Shown here in pieces: positions 8,891-22,538 of a stretch of 64,000 bases of DNA (positions are counted from its first letter, which is position 1; each line of letters starts with the position of its first letter). This DNA is from Pseudobdellovibrionaceae bacterium (lineage in GTDB: Bacteria; Bdellovibrionota; Bdellovibrionia; Bdellovibrionales; Bdellovibrionaceae): the NCBI GenBank assembly GCA_021731025.1, contig JAKFYD010000011.1:1889-65888 (forward strand), in the 5' to 3' direction. The notes beneath the pieces are model-generated. The model saw only the letters and a list, made by a program, of their open reading frames with translations. It did not search any database and had not been told where the DNA came from. Made by a program: the position numbers and the translations under genes.

Positions 8891-11800
8891 ATGGAACAAA
8901 CTCCCGTTACCGCTTCGAATCTCCGTATTCGCAAATCGTTTGCAAAAAATAAACAAGTCATTGATATCCCCAATTTGATTGAACTTCAAAAAAGTTCTTA
9001 TGAAGCATTTCTGCAAAGAGATGTTGATCCAGATCGCCGTGGCGACTTGGGATTGAACGGGGTTTTTAAATCTGTCTTCCCTATCAGCGACTTTAACAAT
9101 ACCGCCAGTCTAGAGTTCGTTAGTTATACGCTTGAACCAGCAAAGTACGATGTTGAAGAATGTCGTCAACGAGGAATGACTTTCGCGGCACCCATTAAAG
9201 TGACTCTGCGATTGATCGTTTTTGACGTTGATGAAGAGACCGAAGCTCGAAGCATTCGCGATGTTAAAGAACAAGAAGTTTACTTGGGCGAAATCCCTCT
9301 GATGACAGCAAATGGTTCTTTCATTATCAATGGAACTGAACGTGTTGTCGTTTCCCAATTGCATCGTTCTCCGGGTGTGTTCTTTGACCACGATGGTGGT
9401 AAAAACAATGCTTCTGGAAAATTAATTTATTCTGCTCGAATTATTCCTTATCGTGGATCTTGGTTGGATTCTGAATTTGACCAAAAAGATTTGATCCATG
9501 TTCGTATCGATCGACGTCGTAAATTTCCAGTGACAATCTTGTTAAAAGCCCTTGGTTTCAATACCGAACAGCTTTTGGAATACTTCTACGATCTTGATGA
9601 AGTTTACATTAAAAATTCTAAACTTTATCGTAAACTCGACATTGACCGAATGTCTGGCCAAAGAGCTATTGCTGATATTTTAGATCCAAAAACTCAAGAA
9701 GTTTTGGTTCGTGCTGGTCGTCGTATCACTCGTGCTATTGTTAAAAAAATTAAAGACATCAATCTGACTGAGATTGAAGTTCAGCCTGAAGATTTAGATG
9801 GAAAAGTTTTAGCGAAACCTTTAATCGATGAATCGACAGGAGAAATCTTAGCTGATGCGAATGCAGAGCTAAGCCCTGCATTGATCAAAAAAGCGATTGA
9901 TATTGGTATCGATCGTTTCTTCATGATTTTCTTTGATGGTCTTACAGTTGGTCCTTACCTGCGCAATACTTTGCTTGTTGATAAAGTGAACAACAAAGAC
10001 GAATCATTGATCGAAATTTACAAACGTTTACGTCCTGGTGAGCCTCCAACTTTGGAAGCTTCGACAGCCTTTTTCCAACGTTTATTTTTTGATCCTGAAA
10101 CTTATGACCTTTCTGAAGTTGGTCGTATTAAAATCAATCATAAATTTGGTATCTCAATGGAGGAATGCCCTCCTGAACACCGTACATTGACGGTAAAAGA
10201 TATTCTTTCAACCATTAAACATTTGATCGATTTAAAAAATGGTCGTGGTGTTATCGATGACATCGATCATCTTGGTAACCGTCGTGTTCGGTCAGTGGGT
10301 GAGTTGCTCGAGAATCAATATCGCATCGGTTTGGTGCGTATGGAACGAGCCATCCGTGAGCGCATGAGCTTGCAAGATGTTGAAACAATGATGCCTCATG
10401 ATCTGGTGAATGCGAAACCTGTGAACGCTGTAGTTAAAGAATTTTTCGGATCTTCTCAGTTGTCACAGTTTATGGATCAAACAAATCCACTGTCTGAGAT
10501 CACGCATAAACGTCGTTTATCGGCATTGGGACCCGGTGGTTTAACTCGGGATCGCGCTGGTTTCGAAGTGCGTGACGTTCATCCAACGCATTATGGTCGT
10601 ATTTGTCCTATCGAAACGCCAGAGGGACCAAACATTGGTTTGATCGCTTCATTGGCAACTTATGCTCGTATTAACAATTATGGGTTCATTGAAACTCCTT
10701 ATCGTAAAGTTGATAACGCTAAGGTTTCTTCGGAAATCACTTATATGTCAGCTTTGGAAGAAGCTGGTCACTACATTGCGCAAGCAGCACGTGAGCAAAG
10801 TGGAAACCGCGAGATTGTAACTCCAAACGCAACCGTGCGAAAAGATGGTGAGTACGAAATCGTTGATAAAGAAAAAGTTTCTTTGATGGACGTTTCTCCA
10901 TCTCAGCTGGTTTCAATTGCCGCTTCTTTAATTCCATTCCTTGAGCATGATGATGCGAATCGGGCCTTGATGGGTTCGAACATGCAACGTCAAGCTGTAC
11001 CTTTGTTACGTTCTCGAGCGCCTTTGGTTGGAACCGGGGTCGAGCGACTTGTTGCTCGTGACTCTGGAACATCTGTTGTCGCCATGAACGATGGGGTTGT
11101 CGAAGAGGTTGATGCTTCTCGTATCGTTATCCGCCGTTTTGCTAAAGGTGGAGAACTTGGTGCGAACGTCGACATTTACAATTTAACAAAATATCAAAGA
11201 ACAAATCAAAACACCTGCTTCAATCAAAAACCAATTGTTAAGGTTGGAGACCGTGTTGCTAAGTCAGACATCATTGCTGACGGACCATCAACAGAGTTGG
11301 GAGAGTTGGCTTTAGGACAAAATATCCTGGTCGCCTTCACTCCTTGGATGGGTTACAACTTCGAGGATTCAATTCTTATTTCAGAACGCCTTCTTAAAGA
11401 AGACGTTTACACTTCGATCCACATCGAAGAGTTCGAGTGTGTTGCCCGAGATACAAAATTGGGTAAAGAAGAAATCACTCGTGATATCGCCAATGTTGGT
11501 GAAGAAGCTCTGAAAGATTTGGATAGCTCAGGTATTATCCGTATTGGTGCTGAAGTTAAACCAGGTTACATCTTGGTTGGTAAAGTAACTCCAAAAGGGG
11601 AAACTCAACTTTCTCCAGAGGAAAAACTTCTTCGCGCCATCTTCGGTGAAAAAGCCGGAGACGTTCGTGATACTTCACTGCGCGTACCATCTGGAGTTTA
11701 TGGAACAGTTATCGATGCTCAAGTTTACAGCCGTGAAGGCTCTGATCGCGATGAGCGATTGGCTTCGATCATTGAAGAGAAAAAACGTAAACTTGAAAAA

Positions 11801-13093
11801 GATCTCGCGGTTGAACAAAACGTTATTAAAAATAATGCTATCTCTAAATTGCGTGACATCCTGGTTGGCAAAAAGACAACAGGTGTCTTATTGAATGAAG
11901 ATGGAAGTCAGAAGCTTTTGAATAAAGGCCAAGACATTACCGTCGCCGATTTAGAAACTATTCCGTTTGAACTTCTCAGTTATATTCCTTTGGAACAAGA
12001 TCTTGAATTCCAAGTGACTAAAATCATCGATGGAGCTCGTAATCAGTTGGATGCCGTGAAAATGGTCTTCAATGAAAAAATTGATCGCTTGAAAAAGGGC
12101 GATGAATTACCTCCAGGCGTAATCAAAATGGTTAAAGTTTACGTTGCGATTAAACGTAAATTGCAAGTCGGTGATAAATTTGCCGGCCGTCATGGAAATA
12201 AAGGGGTTGTTTCTAAAGTATTACCTGCGGAAGATATGCCTTACTTGGCTGACGGGACGCCTGTCGACATGGTTCTTAATCCATTGGGGGTTCCATCACG
12301 TATGAACATCGGGCAAGTCCTTGAAGTTCATTTGGGTTGGGCTGCACACAACTTGGGTAAACAATTATCGTCTTACTTGGATCAATGGAATGCTGATAAC
12401 GCTCGTAAATCATTAAAAGATGTTTTTAATGACAGCGAAATTAGCGCTAAAGTTGATAGTGCCGATGAGGTTTCCTTGAAGCACATGCTCACGACCATGA
12501 AGAGCGGTATCCATGTGGGAACTCCGGTCTTTGATGGAGCTCGTGAATCTGATGTGAAAAATCTTTTATCAAAAGCTAACTTATCTGAGCGCGGTCAAAC
12601 GATTCTGTTTGACGGTCGAACTGGTGAGCCGTTCTCGAATCAAGTAACAGTTGGAATCATGTACATGCTGAAACTCCATCACTTGGTTGAAGAGAAGATC
12701 CATGCTCGTTCTATCGGACCATACTCACTTGTTTCCCAACAACCACTGGGCGGTAAAGCTCAGTTCGGGGGACAACGACTTGGAGAGATGGAAGTGTGGG
12801 CCATCGAAGCTTACGGCGCTGCTTACTCATTGCAAGAATTCTTAACGGTTAAGTCAGATGACGTTGCCGGAAGAACTCGCATGTACGAAAGCATCGTGAA
12901 GGGCGAAAATATTCTCGAGCCTGGATTGCCAGAGTCTTTCAACGTTCTTGTGAAAGAGCTGCAGTCTTTAGCCTTGAATATTGAGTTGATGGAATCTGAT
13001 ATTCTTCGTGATCAAGACGAAGAAGATGTTGGAATGAATGGCGAAAGTGAAACGCCATTGGTAATACCACCTTCAGAAACGAATCAACACTAG
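8891..13093 (+). CDS. rpoB: DNA-directed RNA polymerase subunit beta
   Basis: '[34 protein letters not shown]', 'NMQRQAVPL', '[15 protein letters not shown]'. 1400 aa. Confidence 0.98.
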   Translation: MEQTPVTASNLRIRKSFAKNKQVIDIPNLIELQKSSYEAFLQRDVDPDRRGDLGLNGVFKSVFPISDFNNTASLEFVSYTLEPAKYDVEECRQRGMTFAAPIKVTLRLIVFDVDEETEARSIRDVKEQEVYLGEIPLMTANGSFIINGTERVVVSQLHRSPGVFFDHDGGKNNASGKLIYSARIIPYRGSWLDSEFDQKDLIHVRIDRRRKFPVTILLKALGFNTEQLLEYFYDLDEVYIKNSKLYRKLDIDRMSGQRAIADILDPKTQEVLVRAGRRITRAIVKKIKDINLTEIEVQPEDLDGKVLAKPLIDESTGEILADANAELSPALIKKAIDIGIDRFFMIFFDGLTVGPYLRNTLLVDKVNNKDESLIEIYKRLRPGEPPTLEASTAFFQRLFFDPETYDLSEVGRIKINHKFGISMEECPPEHRTLTVKDILSTIKHLIDLKNGRGVIDDIDHLGNRRVRSVGELLENQYRIGLVRMERAIRERMSLQDVETMMPHDLVNAKPVNAVVKEFFGSSQLSQFMDQTNPLSEITHKRRLSALGPGGLTRDRAGFEVRDVHPTHYGRICPIETPEGPNIGLIASLATYARINNYGFIETPYRKVDNAKVSSEITYMSALEEAGHYIAQAAREQSGNREIVTPNATVRKDGEYEIVDKEKVSLMDVSPSQLVSIAASLIPFLEHDDANRALMGSNMQRQAVPLLRSRAPLVGTGVERLVARDSGTSVVAMNDGVVEEVDASRIVIRRFAKGGELGANVDIYNLTKYQRTNQNTCFNQKPIVKVGDRVAKSDIIADGPSTELGELALGQNILVAFTPWMGYNFEDSILISERLLKEDVYTSIHIEEFECVARDTKLGKEEITRDIANVGEEALKDLDSSGIIRIGAEVKPGYILVGKVTPKGETQLSPEEKLLRAIFGEKAGDVRDTSLRVPSGVYGTVIDAQVYSREGSDRDERLASIIEEKKRKLEKDLAVEQNVIKNNAISKLRDILVGKKTTGVLLNEDGSQKLLNKGQDITVADLETIPFELLSYIPLEQDLEFQVTKIIDGARNQLDAVKMVFNEKIDRLKKGDELPPGVIKMVKVYVAIKRKLQVGDKFAGRHGNKGVVSKVLPAEDMPYLADGTPVDMVLNPLGVPSRMNIGQVLEVHLGWAAHNLGKQLSSYLDQWNADNARKSLKDVFNDSEISAKVDSADEVSLKHMLTTMKSGIHVGTPVFDGARESDVKNLLSKANLSERGQTILFDGRTGEPFSNQVTVGIMYMLKLHHLVEEKIHARSIGPYSLVSQQPLGGKAQFGGQRLGEMEVWAIEAYGAAYSLQEFLTVKSDDVAGRTRMYESIVKGENILEPGLPESFNVLVKELQSLALNIELMESDILRDQDEEDVGMNGESETPLVIPPSETNQH

Positions 13094-13132
13094 TATGAAT
13101 TTTTTAAATATTTTAACAACAAGAGGTGACTT

Positions 13133-16100
13133 TTGAGAGACTTGTTGAACTTTTTTGATAAACCTAAAGATCCATTGTCGTTTGACGCCGTAAGGGTGTC
13201 TTTGGCATCTCCAGAAATGATCCGCGAATGGTCATTTGGTGAAGTGAAAAAGCCAGAAACGATCAACTACCGAACTTTCAAACCAGAGAGAGATGGTCTC
13301 TTCTGTGCGAAAATTTTCGGTCCGATTAAAGACTACGAATGTCTGTGTGGAAAATACAAACGGATGAAATACCGTGGAGTTATCTGCGAAAAGTGCGGCG
13401 TTGAAGTGACGCAGACGAAAGTTCGTCGTGAGCGTCTTGGCCACATTGAACTAGCAACTCCTGTAGCTCACATTTGGTTTTTACGTTCGCTTCCTTCTCG
13501 TATCGGGAACTTACTGAATTTGGCATTGAAAGATGTTGAAAAAGTTCTTTATTGCGAAGCTTACGTGGTGATCGATCCCATGGAAACCACTTTGGAAGAG
13601 GGACAAGTCCTCAGTGAAGAAGCTTATCAAGCAGCACTGAATGAGTTTGGTCCTAGCTTTAAAGCGGGAATGGGCGGGGAATCTGTTCGTGATCTTTTGC
13701 GCAAAATCGATCCTGAATATCTTTCTAAGAAACTTAGAATGGATATCAAAGAAACAAAATCAGAAGCGCAAATTAAAAAACTTTCTAAGCGCTTGAAAGT
13801 GGTTGAAGCTTTCAAAAATTCAATCAACAAGCCCGAGTGGATGATGCTGGAAGCTCTTCCTGTATTGCCACCTGATCTTCGTCCATTGGTTCCATTGGAT
13901 GGCGGTCGCTTTGCGACTTCGGATCTGAATGATCTTTACCGACGAGTTATTAACAGAAATAATCGTTTGAAACGTCTGCAAGAGCTTAACGCTCCAGACA
14001 TCATCATCCGCAATGAAAAACGGATGTTGCAAGAAGCAGTTGATGCTCTCTTGGATAACGGCCGTCGTGGAAAAACATTCACTGGCCCTAATAAACGACC
14101 ACTTCGTTCTTTGAGCGATATGCTTAAAGGGAAACAAGGTCGATTCCGTCAAAATCTACTTGGGAAACGGGTGGATTATTCGGGTCGTTCGGTCATCGTG
14201 GTTGGTCCTACATTGAAATTACATCAATGTGGTCTTCCTAAAAAGATGGCTTTAGAGCTTTTCAAGCCTTTCGTTTACAACAAACTCGAAGAAAAAGGTT
14301 TCGCAACAACAATTAAGCAAGCGAAAAAAATTGTTGATCAAGAAGCTGTCGAAGTTTGGGATATTCTTTCTGATGTAGTTAAAGAGCATCCGGTTCTTTT
14401 GAATCGCGCGCCAACGCTGCATCGTTTAGGGATCCAAGCTTTCGAGCCTGTTCTTCATGAAGGAAAAGCGATTCAGTTGCATCCTTTAGTTTGTACGGCA
14501 TTCAATGCGGATTTCGACGGTGACCAAATGGCGGTTCACGTTCCACTTTCAGTGGAAGCACAAGTTGAAGCTCGTGTACTGATGATGTCGACAAATAATA
14601 TCCTGAGCCCAGCTCACGGAAAACCAATTATCAATCCATCTCAGGACGTTGTCTTGGGACTTTACTGGATGACTCGAATTCGCCCTGGTGCCAAAGGTAC
14701 CGGCAAAATTTTCGCGAATGTGAAAGAAGCCCTTTACGCTTACGAAGCAGGTTTGGTTGATATCCAAGCTTCTTGTAAAGTAAGAATAAATGGAAAAATA
14801 GAAGAGACCACAGTGGGCCGATCTATTTTGTCTGACGTTGTTCCTCCTGAGGTTCCATTCTCTGAAGTGAACACCGTGATGAACAAAAAGACGATCGCGG
14901 GTCTTATAGATAAAACATTCCGTCTTGCTGGCGCGAAATTAACTTGTATCCTCGCAGACAAAATCATGGAGCTTGGATTTAAATATTCAACTCTTGCTGG
15001 TATGTCGATTTGCTTGGATGACATGGTTATTCCTCAAACTAAAGTGACATTGATTGCTGATGCTGAAAAACAAGTTCAAGAAATTCAACAGCAATACGAT
15101 GAAGGTCTGATCACAGATGGAGAGCGATACAATAAAGTCGTCGATATCTGGGCTCAAACGGGTGACAAAGTTGCCAAAGAAATGATGAACCAAATTGAAA
15201 AACAAAAATTTGTCATCGATGGCAAAGAAATTGTTGGTCCATCTTTCAATCCTATCTTCATCATGGCGGATTCAGGAGCGCGGGGTTCTGCGAACCAAAT
15301 TCGTCAGCTGGGTGGAATGCGTGGTCTGATGGCTAAACCGTCTGGTGAAATCATCGAGACTCCGATCACGGCTAACTTCCGTGAGGGATTAACGGTTCTT
15401 CAGTACTTCATTTCGACTCACGGAGCTCGAAAAGGATTAGCTGATACCGCTTTAAAAACTGCGAACTCAGGTTATTTAACTCGTCGTTTAGTGGACGTGG
15501 CACAAGATGTTGTCGTCAGCCAAATTGATTGCGGCACCGAAGATGGTTTAGATATCACGCCAGTTTACGAAGGCGGAGAGATCACTCAAGGTCTTGGTGA
15601 CCGTATTCTTGGTCGTACAACTCTTCAAGACGTTGTTGATCCTTACACTAACGCAGTTATTGTAAGAGCGAATGAAGAAATGACTGAGACACATGTTAAA
15701 AAAATCGAAGAACTAGGTATCGAAAAAGTATCTATTCGTTCAGCTCTGACTTGCGAGTCTGAGCGTGGCGTCTGTGTTCGCTGTTACGGTCGAGACTTAG
15801 CTCGTGGTGCGACTGTGAATCTGGGTGAGACAGTAGGTATTATTGCTGCTCAGTCTATCGGTGAGCCCGGTACTCAATTAACGATGAGAACATTCCATTT
15901 AGGTGGAGCGGCTTCGCGTTCAGTTGAGCAATCAGTTCATACCTCAAGACATGACGGTGTTTTGAAACTTCAAAATGTTCATTCTGTAAAAAATAAACAA
16001 GGGCGCTTAACAACGATGAATCGTAACGGCGAGGCTTTGGTTATTGATGAAACTGGTCGAGAGAGAGAGCGTTTCAAATTAGTTTATGGAACAATCTTAA

Positions 16101-17269
16101 ACTTCAAAGACGGTGATAAAATTCCAAAAGGAGCCACTGTTGCTGAATGGGATCCCTATTCGAACCCAATCATTTCCGAAGTAACGGCGCGAATCCGTTA
16201 CCAAGATATCGAAGAGGGATCAACTATGACCGAGCAAGTGGATGCCGTTACTGGTTTCGCCACTAAAGTGATCACTGAAAGTAAATCGGCTGAGGTCAAA
16301 CCAACGGTTTACCTCGAAGATGAAAATGGTAAAACATTGAATTTACCTGGCCGTGATATTCCAGCTCGGTATTTGATTCCTGTCGGCGCACAACTTCTCG
16401 TTCAAGACGGACAAGAAGTTCATGCGGGTGACATTATCGCGAAGATGCATCGTGAAGCTTCGAAAACCAAAGATATCACTGGGGGTCTTCCTCGAGTGGC
16501 AGAACTCTTTGAAGCTCGTAAACCTAAAGAAGCTGCTATCGTTTCAGAGATCGATGGTTACGTTACTTTTGGTAAAGACGTAAAAGGTAAACAACGTGTG
16601 ATTGTAACTCCTGAAGTGGGAGAGCAAAAAGAATATCTTATCCCTAAAGGAAAACACGTTGCGGTTCGTGAAGGTGAATACGTTAAGGCTGGTGAGGCTT
16701 TAATGGATGGGCCAACGAATCCGCATGATATCTTGGCTGTACTTGGTGAAAAAGCTCTCGCAGCTTACCTAGTGAATGAAGTTCAAGAAGTTTATCGATT
16801 GCAAGGTGTGGGTATCAATGACAAGCACATCGAAGTGATTGTTCGTCAGATGCTTCGTAAAGTTGAAATTGTTGACGGTGCTGATAGTCGTTTCTTAGCT
16901 GGAGAGCAGGCTGAAAAATCAGCTCTTATGGCGGAAACAGAGCGCATTCAAAAAGATGGCGGTCAAATTGCGACGTCTCGTCCTTTGCTACTTGGAATCA
17001 CAAAAGTTTCTTTGAGCACTGACAGTTGGATTTCGGCAGCTTCTTTCCAAGAAACAACAAAAGTTTTAACGGAAGCAGCTATCAATTCACGAACTGACGG
17101 TTTAAGAGGATTGAAAGAAAATATTATTATGGGACGACTGATCCCAGCGGGTACAGGATTAACATCTTATAAACGTTGGAAAGTTGTTCTTAAAGAGGAT
17201 GATGATGTTGAACATTTTGCGGCTTTGCCCGGTGGAATGTCTCCTCAGCCTCAAGTTACACAAGGATAA
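13133..17269 (+). CDS. rpoC: DNA-directed RNA polymerase subunit beta' (TTG start)
   Basis: Zn-finger '[20 protein letters not shown]', catalytic '[12 protein letters not shown]'. 1378 aa. SD 'AGAGGTG' precedes TTG at 13133. Confidence 0.98.
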   Translation: MRDLLNFFDKPKDPLSFDAVRVSLASPEMIREWSFGEVKKPETINYRTFKPERDGLFCAKIFGPIKDYECLCGKYKRMKYRGVICEKCGVEVTQTKVRRERLGHIELATPVAHIWFLRSLPSRIGNLLNLALKDVEKVLYCEAYVVIDPMETTLEEGQVLSEEAYQAALNEFGPSFKAGMGGESVRDLLRKIDPEYLSKKLRMDIKETKSEAQIKKLSKRLKVVEAFKNSINKPEWMMLEALPVLPPDLRPLVPLDGGRFATSDLNDLYRRVINRNNRLKRLQELNAPDIIIRNEKRMLQEAVDALLDNGRRGKTFTGPNKRPLRSLSDMLKGKQGRFRQNLLGKRVDYSGRSVIVVGPTLKLHQCGLPKKMALELFKPFVYNKLEEKGFATTIKQAKKIVDQEAVEVWDILSDVVKEHPVLLNRAPTLHRLGIQAFEPVLHEGKAIQLHPLVCTAFNADFDGDQMAVHVPLSVEAQVEARVLMMSTNNILSPAHGKPIINPSQDVVLGLYWMTRIRPGAKGTGKIFANVKEALYAYEAGLVDIQASCKVRINGKIEETTVGRSILSDVVPPEVPFSEVNTVMNKKTIAGLIDKTFRLAGAKLTCILADKIMELGFKYSTLAGMSICLDDMVIPQTKVTLIADAEKQVQEIQQQYDEGLITDGERYNKVVDIWAQTGDKVAKEMMNQIEKQKFVIDGKEIVGPSFNPIFIMADSGARGSANQIRQLGGMRGLMAKPSGEIIETPITANFREGLTVLQYFISTHGARKGLADTALKTANSGYLTRRLVDVAQDVVVSQIDCGTEDGLDITPVYEGGEITQGLGDRILGRTTLQDVVDPYTNAVIVRANEEMTETHVKKIEELGIEKVSIRSALTCESERGVCVRCYGRDLARGATVNLGETVGIIAAQSIGEPGTQLTMRTFHLGGAASRSVEQSVHTSRHDGVLKLQNVHSVKNKQGRLTTMNRNGEALVIDETGRERERFKLVYGTILNFKDGDKIPKGATVAEWDPYSNPIISEVTARIRYQDIEEGSTMTEQVDAVTGFATKVITESKSAEVKPTVYLEDENGKTLNLPGRDIPARYLIPVGAQLLVQDGQEVHAGDIIAKMHREASKTKDITGGLPRVAELFEARKPKEAAIVSEIDGYVTFGKDVKGKQRVIVTPEVGEQKEYLIPKGKHVAVREGEYVKAGEALMDGPTNPHDILAVLGEKALAAYLVNEVQEVYRLQGVGINDKHIEVIVRQMLRKVEIVDGADSRFLAGEQAEKSALMAETERIQKDGGQIATSRPLLLGITKVSLSTDSWISAASFQETTKVLTEAAINSRTDGLRGLKENIIMGRLIPAGTGLTSYKRWKVVLKEDDDVEHFAALPGGMSPQPQVTQG

Positions 17270-17279
17270 ATTTTTTAGG

Positions 17280-17314
17280 GGAATTGGGAATAACTCTCAA
17301 TTTCTCTGATTTTT
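17280..17314 (+). terminator. possible rho-independent terminator after rpoC
   Basis: GGAATTGGGA / TCTCAATTTC 10 bp stem (2 G:U), 5 nt loop, then 'tctgattttt'. Confidence 0.35.
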
Positions 17315-17324
17315 AACATAGTAC

Positions 17325-17353
17325 TTGACCTGGCTATTAGCCTTCGTTAATTT
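17325..17353 (+). promoter_or_regulatory. possible str-operon promoter
   Basis: TTGACC (17325-17330), 17 nt spacer, TAATTT (17348-17353), about 65 nt upstream of rpsL. Confidence 0.35.
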
Positions 17354-17417
17354 CCAGCGTCTTAAATTGATTATTATAACTGAAAGTTATAAGCATGAAG
17401 CGTAGAGGTAAAAATTA

Positions 17418-17792
17418 ATGCCTACAATAAACCAGCTTATTAAAAGCGAGCGCACAGTACAAAAGAACAAAACCAAGTCTCCAGCACTTGTGGGTTGCCC
17501 CCAACGTCGCGGAGTTTGTACTCGTGTTTATACGACAACACCAAAAAAGCCGAATTCAGCGCTTCGTAAAGTTGCTAAAGTTCGTCTTTCTAATGGCTTT
17601 GAGGTGATTTCTTACATCCCTGGAATTGGTCACAATCTTCAAGAGCACAGTGTGGTCTTGATTCGTGGTGGCCGGGTAAAAGATCTACCTGGAGTTCGTT
17701 ATCACATCGTACGTGGTGTCCTTGATCTTCAAGGGGTGAATGGTCGCCTGCGCGGTCGTTCTAAGTACGGTACAAAAAGACCTAAGAAGTAA
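17418..17792 (+). CDS. rpsL: 30S ribosomal protein S12
   Basis: '[18 protein letters not shown]' and '[14 protein letters not shown]'. Confidence 0.98.
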   Translation: MPTINQLIKSERTVQKNKTKSPALVGCPQRRGVCTRVYTTTPKKPNSALRKVAKVRLSNGFEVISYIPGIGHNLQEHSVVLIRGGRVKDLPGVRYHIVRGVLDLQGVNGRLRGRSKYGTKRPKK

Positions 17793-17805
17793 TTGAGGAG
17801 TTCAA

Positions 17806-18279
17806 ATGTCACGTCGTAAAAAGACATTCAAGCGTGAAGTCATTCCAGATCCAGTTTTCAAAGATTTGGTTGTTGCTAAATTTATTAACCGCATGATTTA
17901 CCGTGGGCAAAAAGCTACGGCGCAAAGACTTTTCTACGGAGCTTTAGACGAGCTTAAAGGAAAAGTACAAGGCGAAGAGCCAATCAATGTTTTGAAAAAA
18001 GCCATTGAAAATGCCAAACCTTCTATCGAAGTTCGATCACGTCGGGTGGGTGGGGCAACTTACCAAGTTCCCGTTGATGTTCGTCCTTCACGTCGTTTAG
18101 CTTTAGCTATGAGATGGTTGGTTGAATACTCTCGTGAGCGTGGTGAAAAAGATTTTTCAAAACGTCTTGCTGGCGAAATTATGGATGCTTTCAATAATCG
18201 TGGAAATGCGATTAAGAAAAAAGAAGACGTTCATCGTATGGCTGAAGCAAATAAAGCCTTCTCTCATTACAACTGGTAA
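17806..18279 (+). CDS. rpsG: 30S ribosomal protein S7
   Basis: '[16 protein letters not shown]' and 'AFSHYNW' C-terminus. Confidence 0.97.
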   Translation: MSRRKKTFKREVIPDPVFKDLVVAKFINRMIYRGQKATAQRLFYGALDELKGKVQGEEPINVLKKAIENAKPSIEVRSRRVGGATYQVPVDVRPSRRLALAMRWLVEYSRERGEKDFSKRLAGEIMDAFNNRGNAIKKKEDVHRMAEANKAFSHYNW

Positions 18280-18298
18280 TTAAAAGAAACGAATATCA

Positions 18299-20404
18299 AT
18301 GTCGGCGAAAGAACCAAAGACGATCGCTGATCTCAAATTTACAAGAAACATCGGCATCATGGCTCACATTGATGCCGGAAAAACCACGACAACAGAGCGC
18401 ATACTTTTCTATACAGGGCGAAGCCATAAAATTGGTGAAGTCCATGATGGAAATACCACCATGGACTGGATGGTCCAAGAGCAAGAGCGTGGGATAACCA
18501 TCACTTCCGCAGCGACGATGACTTTCTGGAAAGATCATCGCATTAACATTATTGATACTCCCGGGCATGTGGATTTTACCATCGAAGTTGAGCGTTCCTT
18601 ACGAGTGCTCGATGGTGCTGTGGCAGTTTTTGATGGTGTGAACGGGGTTGAGCCTCAATCAGAAACAGTTTGGAAACAAGCTGATAAACATCATGTTCCT
18701 CGCATATGTTTCATTAACAAAATGGATCGTGTTGGTGCAGACTTTGTGATGAGTGTCGCCTCGATCAAAGAAAAATTAAATGCAAATCCAATCCCAGTGC
18801 AAGTTCCTTGGGGTGCTGAAGATACTTTTCAGGGTGTCATCGACCTTCTCGAGCAGAAAGCGTACCGTTGGTCAGGGGACAGCAAGGGCGAAAGTTTTGA
18901 GATTTGCGAAATTCCCGCTGAGTATAAATCAGACGTTGATAAATACCGAATTGAAATCGTCGAAAAAATTGTTGAATTTGATGACACACTTCTTGAAAAA
19001 TATCTCAATGGTGAAGTTGTTTCTGTTGTAGAATTAAAATCAGCTTTACGTAAAGGGACTCTCGAGCAAAAAGCTTTTCCTGTTTTTTGTGGCTCAGCTT
19101 TTAAAAACAAAGGCGTACAGCCGTTGTTGGATGGAGTTATTGATTATTTACCTTCACCCATAGAGGTTGGTGATATCGTTGGTCATCATCCCGAAAAACC
19201 TGAAAAAGAAATTCCATGTCCTACAGACTTCGATGCACACACGGCGGCGCTAGCTTTCAAAATTTCTAACGATCCTTTTGCAGGAACTTTAACTTACGTC
19301 CGAGTTTACTCGGGAGTGGTCAAGGTGGGCGATCAGCTTTACAATCCACGCACTGAAAAAAAAGAGCGCATTCAAAAACTTGTAAAGATGCATGCGAATC
19401 ACCGCGAAGAAATTGAAGCGCTCAAAGCAGGTGATTTAGGAGCCGTTGTTGGTCTGAAATTCACTGGGACAGGGGATACGCTCTGTGAAACTTCTCACCC
19501 GGTTGTGCTTGAATCCATTGTATCTCCAGAGCCTGTGATTTCCGTGGCGATCGAAGCAAAATCATCAGCGGATCAAGAAAAAATGTTGCAAGGCCTGCAG
19601 AAGCTCGAGAAGGAAGATCCTTCGTGCCGCTTGCGAACTGATCCTGAGACGGGACAAATCTTACTATCAGGAATGGGCGAGCTTCACCTTGATATTTTAG
19701 TGGATCGCTTGCTGCGCGAATATAAAGTTCAAGCAAATATTGGTAAGCCGCAAGTTTCCTATCGCGAAACAATCATGAATTCTGCTGAAGCTGAACATGT
19801 CTATGAACGCCAGCTCGGCGGAGAAGATCACTTTGCTAAAGTGAAATTAAAAATTGAACCTATTGGCAGAAATGAATCTATTCAGTTCGTTTCACAAGTT
19901 CCCCTATCGAATCAATTCCCCGCTGCTTTTTTGAAAGCTGTCGAAAGTGGTTTCCGCGAATCTTCAGAAGTGGGGCCGCTGGGAAGCTATTCATTGATTG
20001 GTATTAAGGGCACTTTACTGAGTGTAGAGACTAAGTCAGAGGCCTCCAGTGAAATGTCCTTTAAAGCAGCCGCTTCCTTGGCATTCCGTGAGGCGCTTCA
20101 CAAAACAACTGCGGAACTGCTTGAGCCTATGTTCAAACTTGAAGTCACAACGCCTGATGACTTCGTTGGAAGCATCGTTGGAGATCTAAATGCGCGACGA
20201 GGAAAAATTATTTCCATGAATGTACGTCCCGGTGGGGGGCAAATCATTTCTTCAGAAGCTCCTCTCGCCAGTTTGTTCGGGTACGCGACGGATATTCGAA
20301 GTTTAAGTCAGGGCCGTGCAAGTTTTAGCATGGAATTCCTCGAGTATTCGATTGTGCCTCCAAAGGTAAAATCCGAGATATTACAAAGGCTTGGGCGATT
20401 TTAA
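18299..20404 (+). CDS. fusA: translation elongation factor G
   Basis: '[15 protein letters not shown]', 'DTPGHVDF', 'NKMDRVGA'. 701 aa. Confidence 0.97.
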   Translation: MSAKEPKTIADLKFTRNIGIMAHIDAGKTTTTERILFYTGRSHKIGEVHDGNTTMDWMVQEQERGITITSAATMTFWKDHRINIIDTPGHVDFTIEVERSLRVLDGAVAVFDGVNGVEPQSETVWKQADKHHVPRICFINKMDRVGADFVMSVASIKEKLNANPIPVQVPWGAEDTFQGVIDLLEQKAYRWSGDSKGESFEICEIPAEYKSDVDKYRIEIVEKIVEFDDTLLEKYLNGEVVSVVELKSALRKGTLEQKAFPVFCGSAFKNKGVQPLLDGVIDYLPSPIEVGDIVGHHPEKPEKEIPCPTDFDAHTAALAFKISNDPFAGTLTYVRVYSGVVKVGDQLYNPRTEKKERIQKLVKMHANHREEIEALKAGDLGAVVGLKFTGTGDTLCETSHPVVLESIVSPEPVISVAIEAKSSADQEKMLQGLQKLEKEDPSCRLRTDPETGQILLSGMGELHLDILVDRLLREYKVQANIGKPQVSYRETIMNSAEAEHVYERQLGGEDHFAKVKLKIEPIGRNESIQFVSQVPLSNQFPAAFLKAVESGFRESSEVGPLGSYSLIGIKGTLLSVETKSEASSEMSFKAAASLAFREALHKTTAELLEPMFKLEVTTPDDFVGSIVGDLNARRGKIISMNVRPGGGQIISSEAPLASLFGYATDIRSLSQGRASFSMEFLEYSIVPPKVKSEILQRLGRF

Positions 20405-20407
20405 GTC

Positions 20408-20427
20408 TTGGCTCGAATCAGAGCCAA
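20408..20427 (+). terminator. short hairpin immediately after fusA
   Basis: TTGGCTC-gaatca-GAGCCAA, followed by a weak T-tract 'tcatttgtc'. Confidence 0.25.
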
Positions 20428-20457
20428 TCATTTGTCAATAATATTCAACTTATTTCT

Positions 20458-20487
20458 TTGACAAGGTTCAAGAAATTAATGCATATT
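20458..20487 (+). promoter_or_regulatory. possible S10-operon promoter
   Basis: Consensus TTGACA (20458-20463), 18 nt spacer, CATATT. This would leave a ~150 nt leader before rpsJ. Confidence 0.3.
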
Positions 20488-20644
20488 TGCGCACTCGAGT
20501 TTAGCGCTACAGAAAACTCTCAAATCAATGAGCCGTCTAGGTTCGCTGGGATAAAGTTTTTGATGGGTGATGAACAAAAAGAATTGAATAAAAACGTAAT
20601 CAGTTACTTGTAATTAGGAACTAACAAACAAAAGAGAATTCGAT

Positions 20645-20962
20645 ATGCAAAGTCAGAAAATTAGAATTCGCCTAAAGGCTTTTGATCATAAATTGTTGGA
20701 TCAGTCGACTCGTGAGATCGTTGATACAGCACGCAGAACAGGTGCAAAGGTAGCTGGACCAATTCCGCTTCCAACTCGCATCAATCGTTTTACTGTTTTG
20801 CGTTCACCTCACGTGGATAAAAAATCTCGAGAACAATTTGAAATTCGTACTCACAAAAGAATGTTGGATATTCTTGAGCCCACTCAGCAGACAGTAGATC
20901 AGTTGATGAAACTGGATCTATCAGCGGGCGTTGATGTCGAAATTAAAACTTCGGCGAACTAA
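20645..20962 (+). CDS. rpsJ: 30S ribosomal protein S10
   Basis: '[14 protein letters not shown]' and '[13 protein letters not shown]'. Confidence 0.97.
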   Translation: MQSQKIRIRLKAFDHKLLDQSTREIVDTARRTGAKVAGPIPLPTRINRFTVLRSPHVDKKSREQFEIRTHKRMLDILEPTQQTVDQLMKLDLSAGVDVEIKTSAN

Positions 20963-20974
20963 AGGGAGTTTATC

Positions 20975-21628
20975 GTGAGTGAAGCAAGTGCAAACCAAAA
21001 TCTTAAACTGAACGGACTGTTCGCCTTCAAAGAAGGTATGTCCACTATTTTTAATGAACAGGGCGAAGCAATCCCTGTTACAGTTTTGCGGTATGAACCT
21101 TGGGTTGTTTCCCAAGTAAAAACAAAAGAACAAGACGGTTACGAAGCTCTTCAAATGGCTTGCCGTCCAAAAAAATCTAAAAATTCAAATAAGGCTGAAA
21201 AAGCTCATCTGACAAAAGCGGGTTTTGAAAATGGCGCCCAGTTTGTAAAAGAACTGCGTCACAATTTGCCTGATGGCGCATCAGTTGGCGCGCAAATTTC
21301 AATCGAAAGCTTAAATAAAGGCGACTTCGTCAAATTGACTTCAAAGTCAAAAGGCCATGGTTTCGCTGGATCTGTTAAGCGTTGGAATTTTGCTGGTGGA
21401 CCAGCGACTCACGGATCGCATTTTCATCGTCGTCCTGGATCGAGTGGTAACAGAACTTGGCCAGGTCGGGTTATGCCCGGTAAGAAATTTCCAGGGCAGT
21501 ATGGAAATGAAACAGTAACAGTGCGAAATGTTGAAATCGTTGAAGTCAACCCAACGGAAAATGTTTTATTGGTTAAAGGCCCTGTGCCTGGAGCCAGAAA
21601 CACTTTAGTGAAATTGGTGAGAGAATAA
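20975..21628 (+). CDS. rplC: 50S ribosomal protein L3 (GTG start)
   Basis: 'GHGFAGSVKRWNFAGGPATHGS'. Confidence 0.96.
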   Translation: MSEASANQNLKLNGLFAFKEGMSTIFNEQGEAIPVTVLRYEPWVVSQVKTKEQDGYEALQMACRPKKSKNSNKAEKAHLTKAGFENGAQFVKELRHNLPDGASVGAQISIESLNKGDFVKLTSKSKGHGFAGSVKRWNFAGGPATHGSHFHRRPGSSGNRTWPGRVMPGKKFPGQYGNETVTVRNVEIVEVNPTENVLLVKGPVPGARNTLVKLVRE

Positions 21629-21629
21629 T

Positions 21630-22262
21630 ATGGCCACAGCAAATGTTTTAAATTGGAAAAAAGAAAAAGTAGGTCAGGTCGATTTGAATCCTGATGTGTT
21701 TGAAGCTGAAGTTAAAAAAGAAGTGCTTCACACTGTTGTTCGCTGGCAATTAGCTTGTCGACGACAAGGAACCAGCATGACCAAAACTAAGGGTTTAGTT
21801 AGTGGTGGTGGGAAAAAGCCATTCAAACAAAAAGGAACTGGAAATGCCCGTCAGGGTTCGACACGTTCACCTTTGATGCCAGGAGGAGGAACAACTTTCG
21901 GTCCTCAGCCGCGAAGTTACTCTTACGTTCTTCCTAAAAAGATGCGTCGTTTGGGTTTATCAATGGCACTGTCTCATCTTCATAAAGAAGGCCGACTGTA
22001 CATCATTGATCAATTGACCTCTGAAGGTAAAACAAAAGAGCTCAATAAAAAATTAAAAGCTTTTGGTCTTAAAAAGGCTGTTCTTATTGATTCAAGTATT
22101 GATGACAAATTTGCACGCGCTAGTCGTAATTTGGAAAAGTACAAATACTTCCCTGTTGAAGGTATGAATGTATTCGATCTTTTGAAATACGATGCGGCTG
22201 TCATCACAAAAGAATCAGTCGATAAAATCGTTGATCGTTGTTTGGTGGAGAATGTGCGATGA
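21630..22262 (+). CDS. rplD: 50S ribosomal protein L4
   Basis: 'KQKGTGNARQGSTRSPLMPGGG'. Confidence 0.96.
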   Translation: MATANVLNWKKEKVGQVDLNPDVFEAEVKKEVLHTVVRWQLACRRQGTSMTKTKGLVSGGGKKPFKQKGTGNARQGSTRSPLMPGGGTTFGPQPRSYSYVLPKKMRRLGLSMALSHLHKEGRLYIIDQLTSEGKTKELNKKLKAFGLKKAVLIDSSIDDKFARASRNLEKYKYFPVEGMNVFDLLKYDAAVITKESVDKIVDRCLVENVR

Positions 22263-22537
22263 AAAATATAGTAAAGGCTCCCCTCGTTACAGAAAAAAAT
22301 ACCATCCACAATGCGGCTGGTACTTATGTTTTCGAGGTGGATCAAAAAGCCGATAAAGTTGAAATTAGAAAAGCAGTTGAAAAAAACTTTTCAGTTAAAG
22401 TTGATAGTGTTCGAACTGCTGTTTGTCGAGGTCACTCCAAGCAAACAAAATTTGGAAGAACAAATGCTCCTCGTTGGAAAAAAGCTTTTGTAAAGCTTAA
22501 AGCTGGCGAGAAGATCGCACTGTTCGAGGGAGCGTAA
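22259..22537 (+). CDS. rplW: 50S ribosomal protein L23
   Basis: '[26 protein letters not shown]'. Start set at 'MKNIVKAP', an ATGA overlap with the rplD stop. Confidence 0.93.
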   Translation: MKNIVKAPLVTEKNTIHNAAGTYVFEVDQKADKVEIRKAVEKNFSVKVDSVRTAVCRGHSKQTKFGRTNAPRWKKAFVKLKAGEKIALFEGA

Positions 22538-22538
22538 G

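Noticed and set aside
18299-20404. Possibility that fusA is a divergent second EF-G paralogue, since tuf does not follow it
   Set aside because: All G-domain motifs and the domain IV/V regions look canonical, and it sits directly after rpsL-rpsG. Nothing in the sequence suggests a specialised paralogue.
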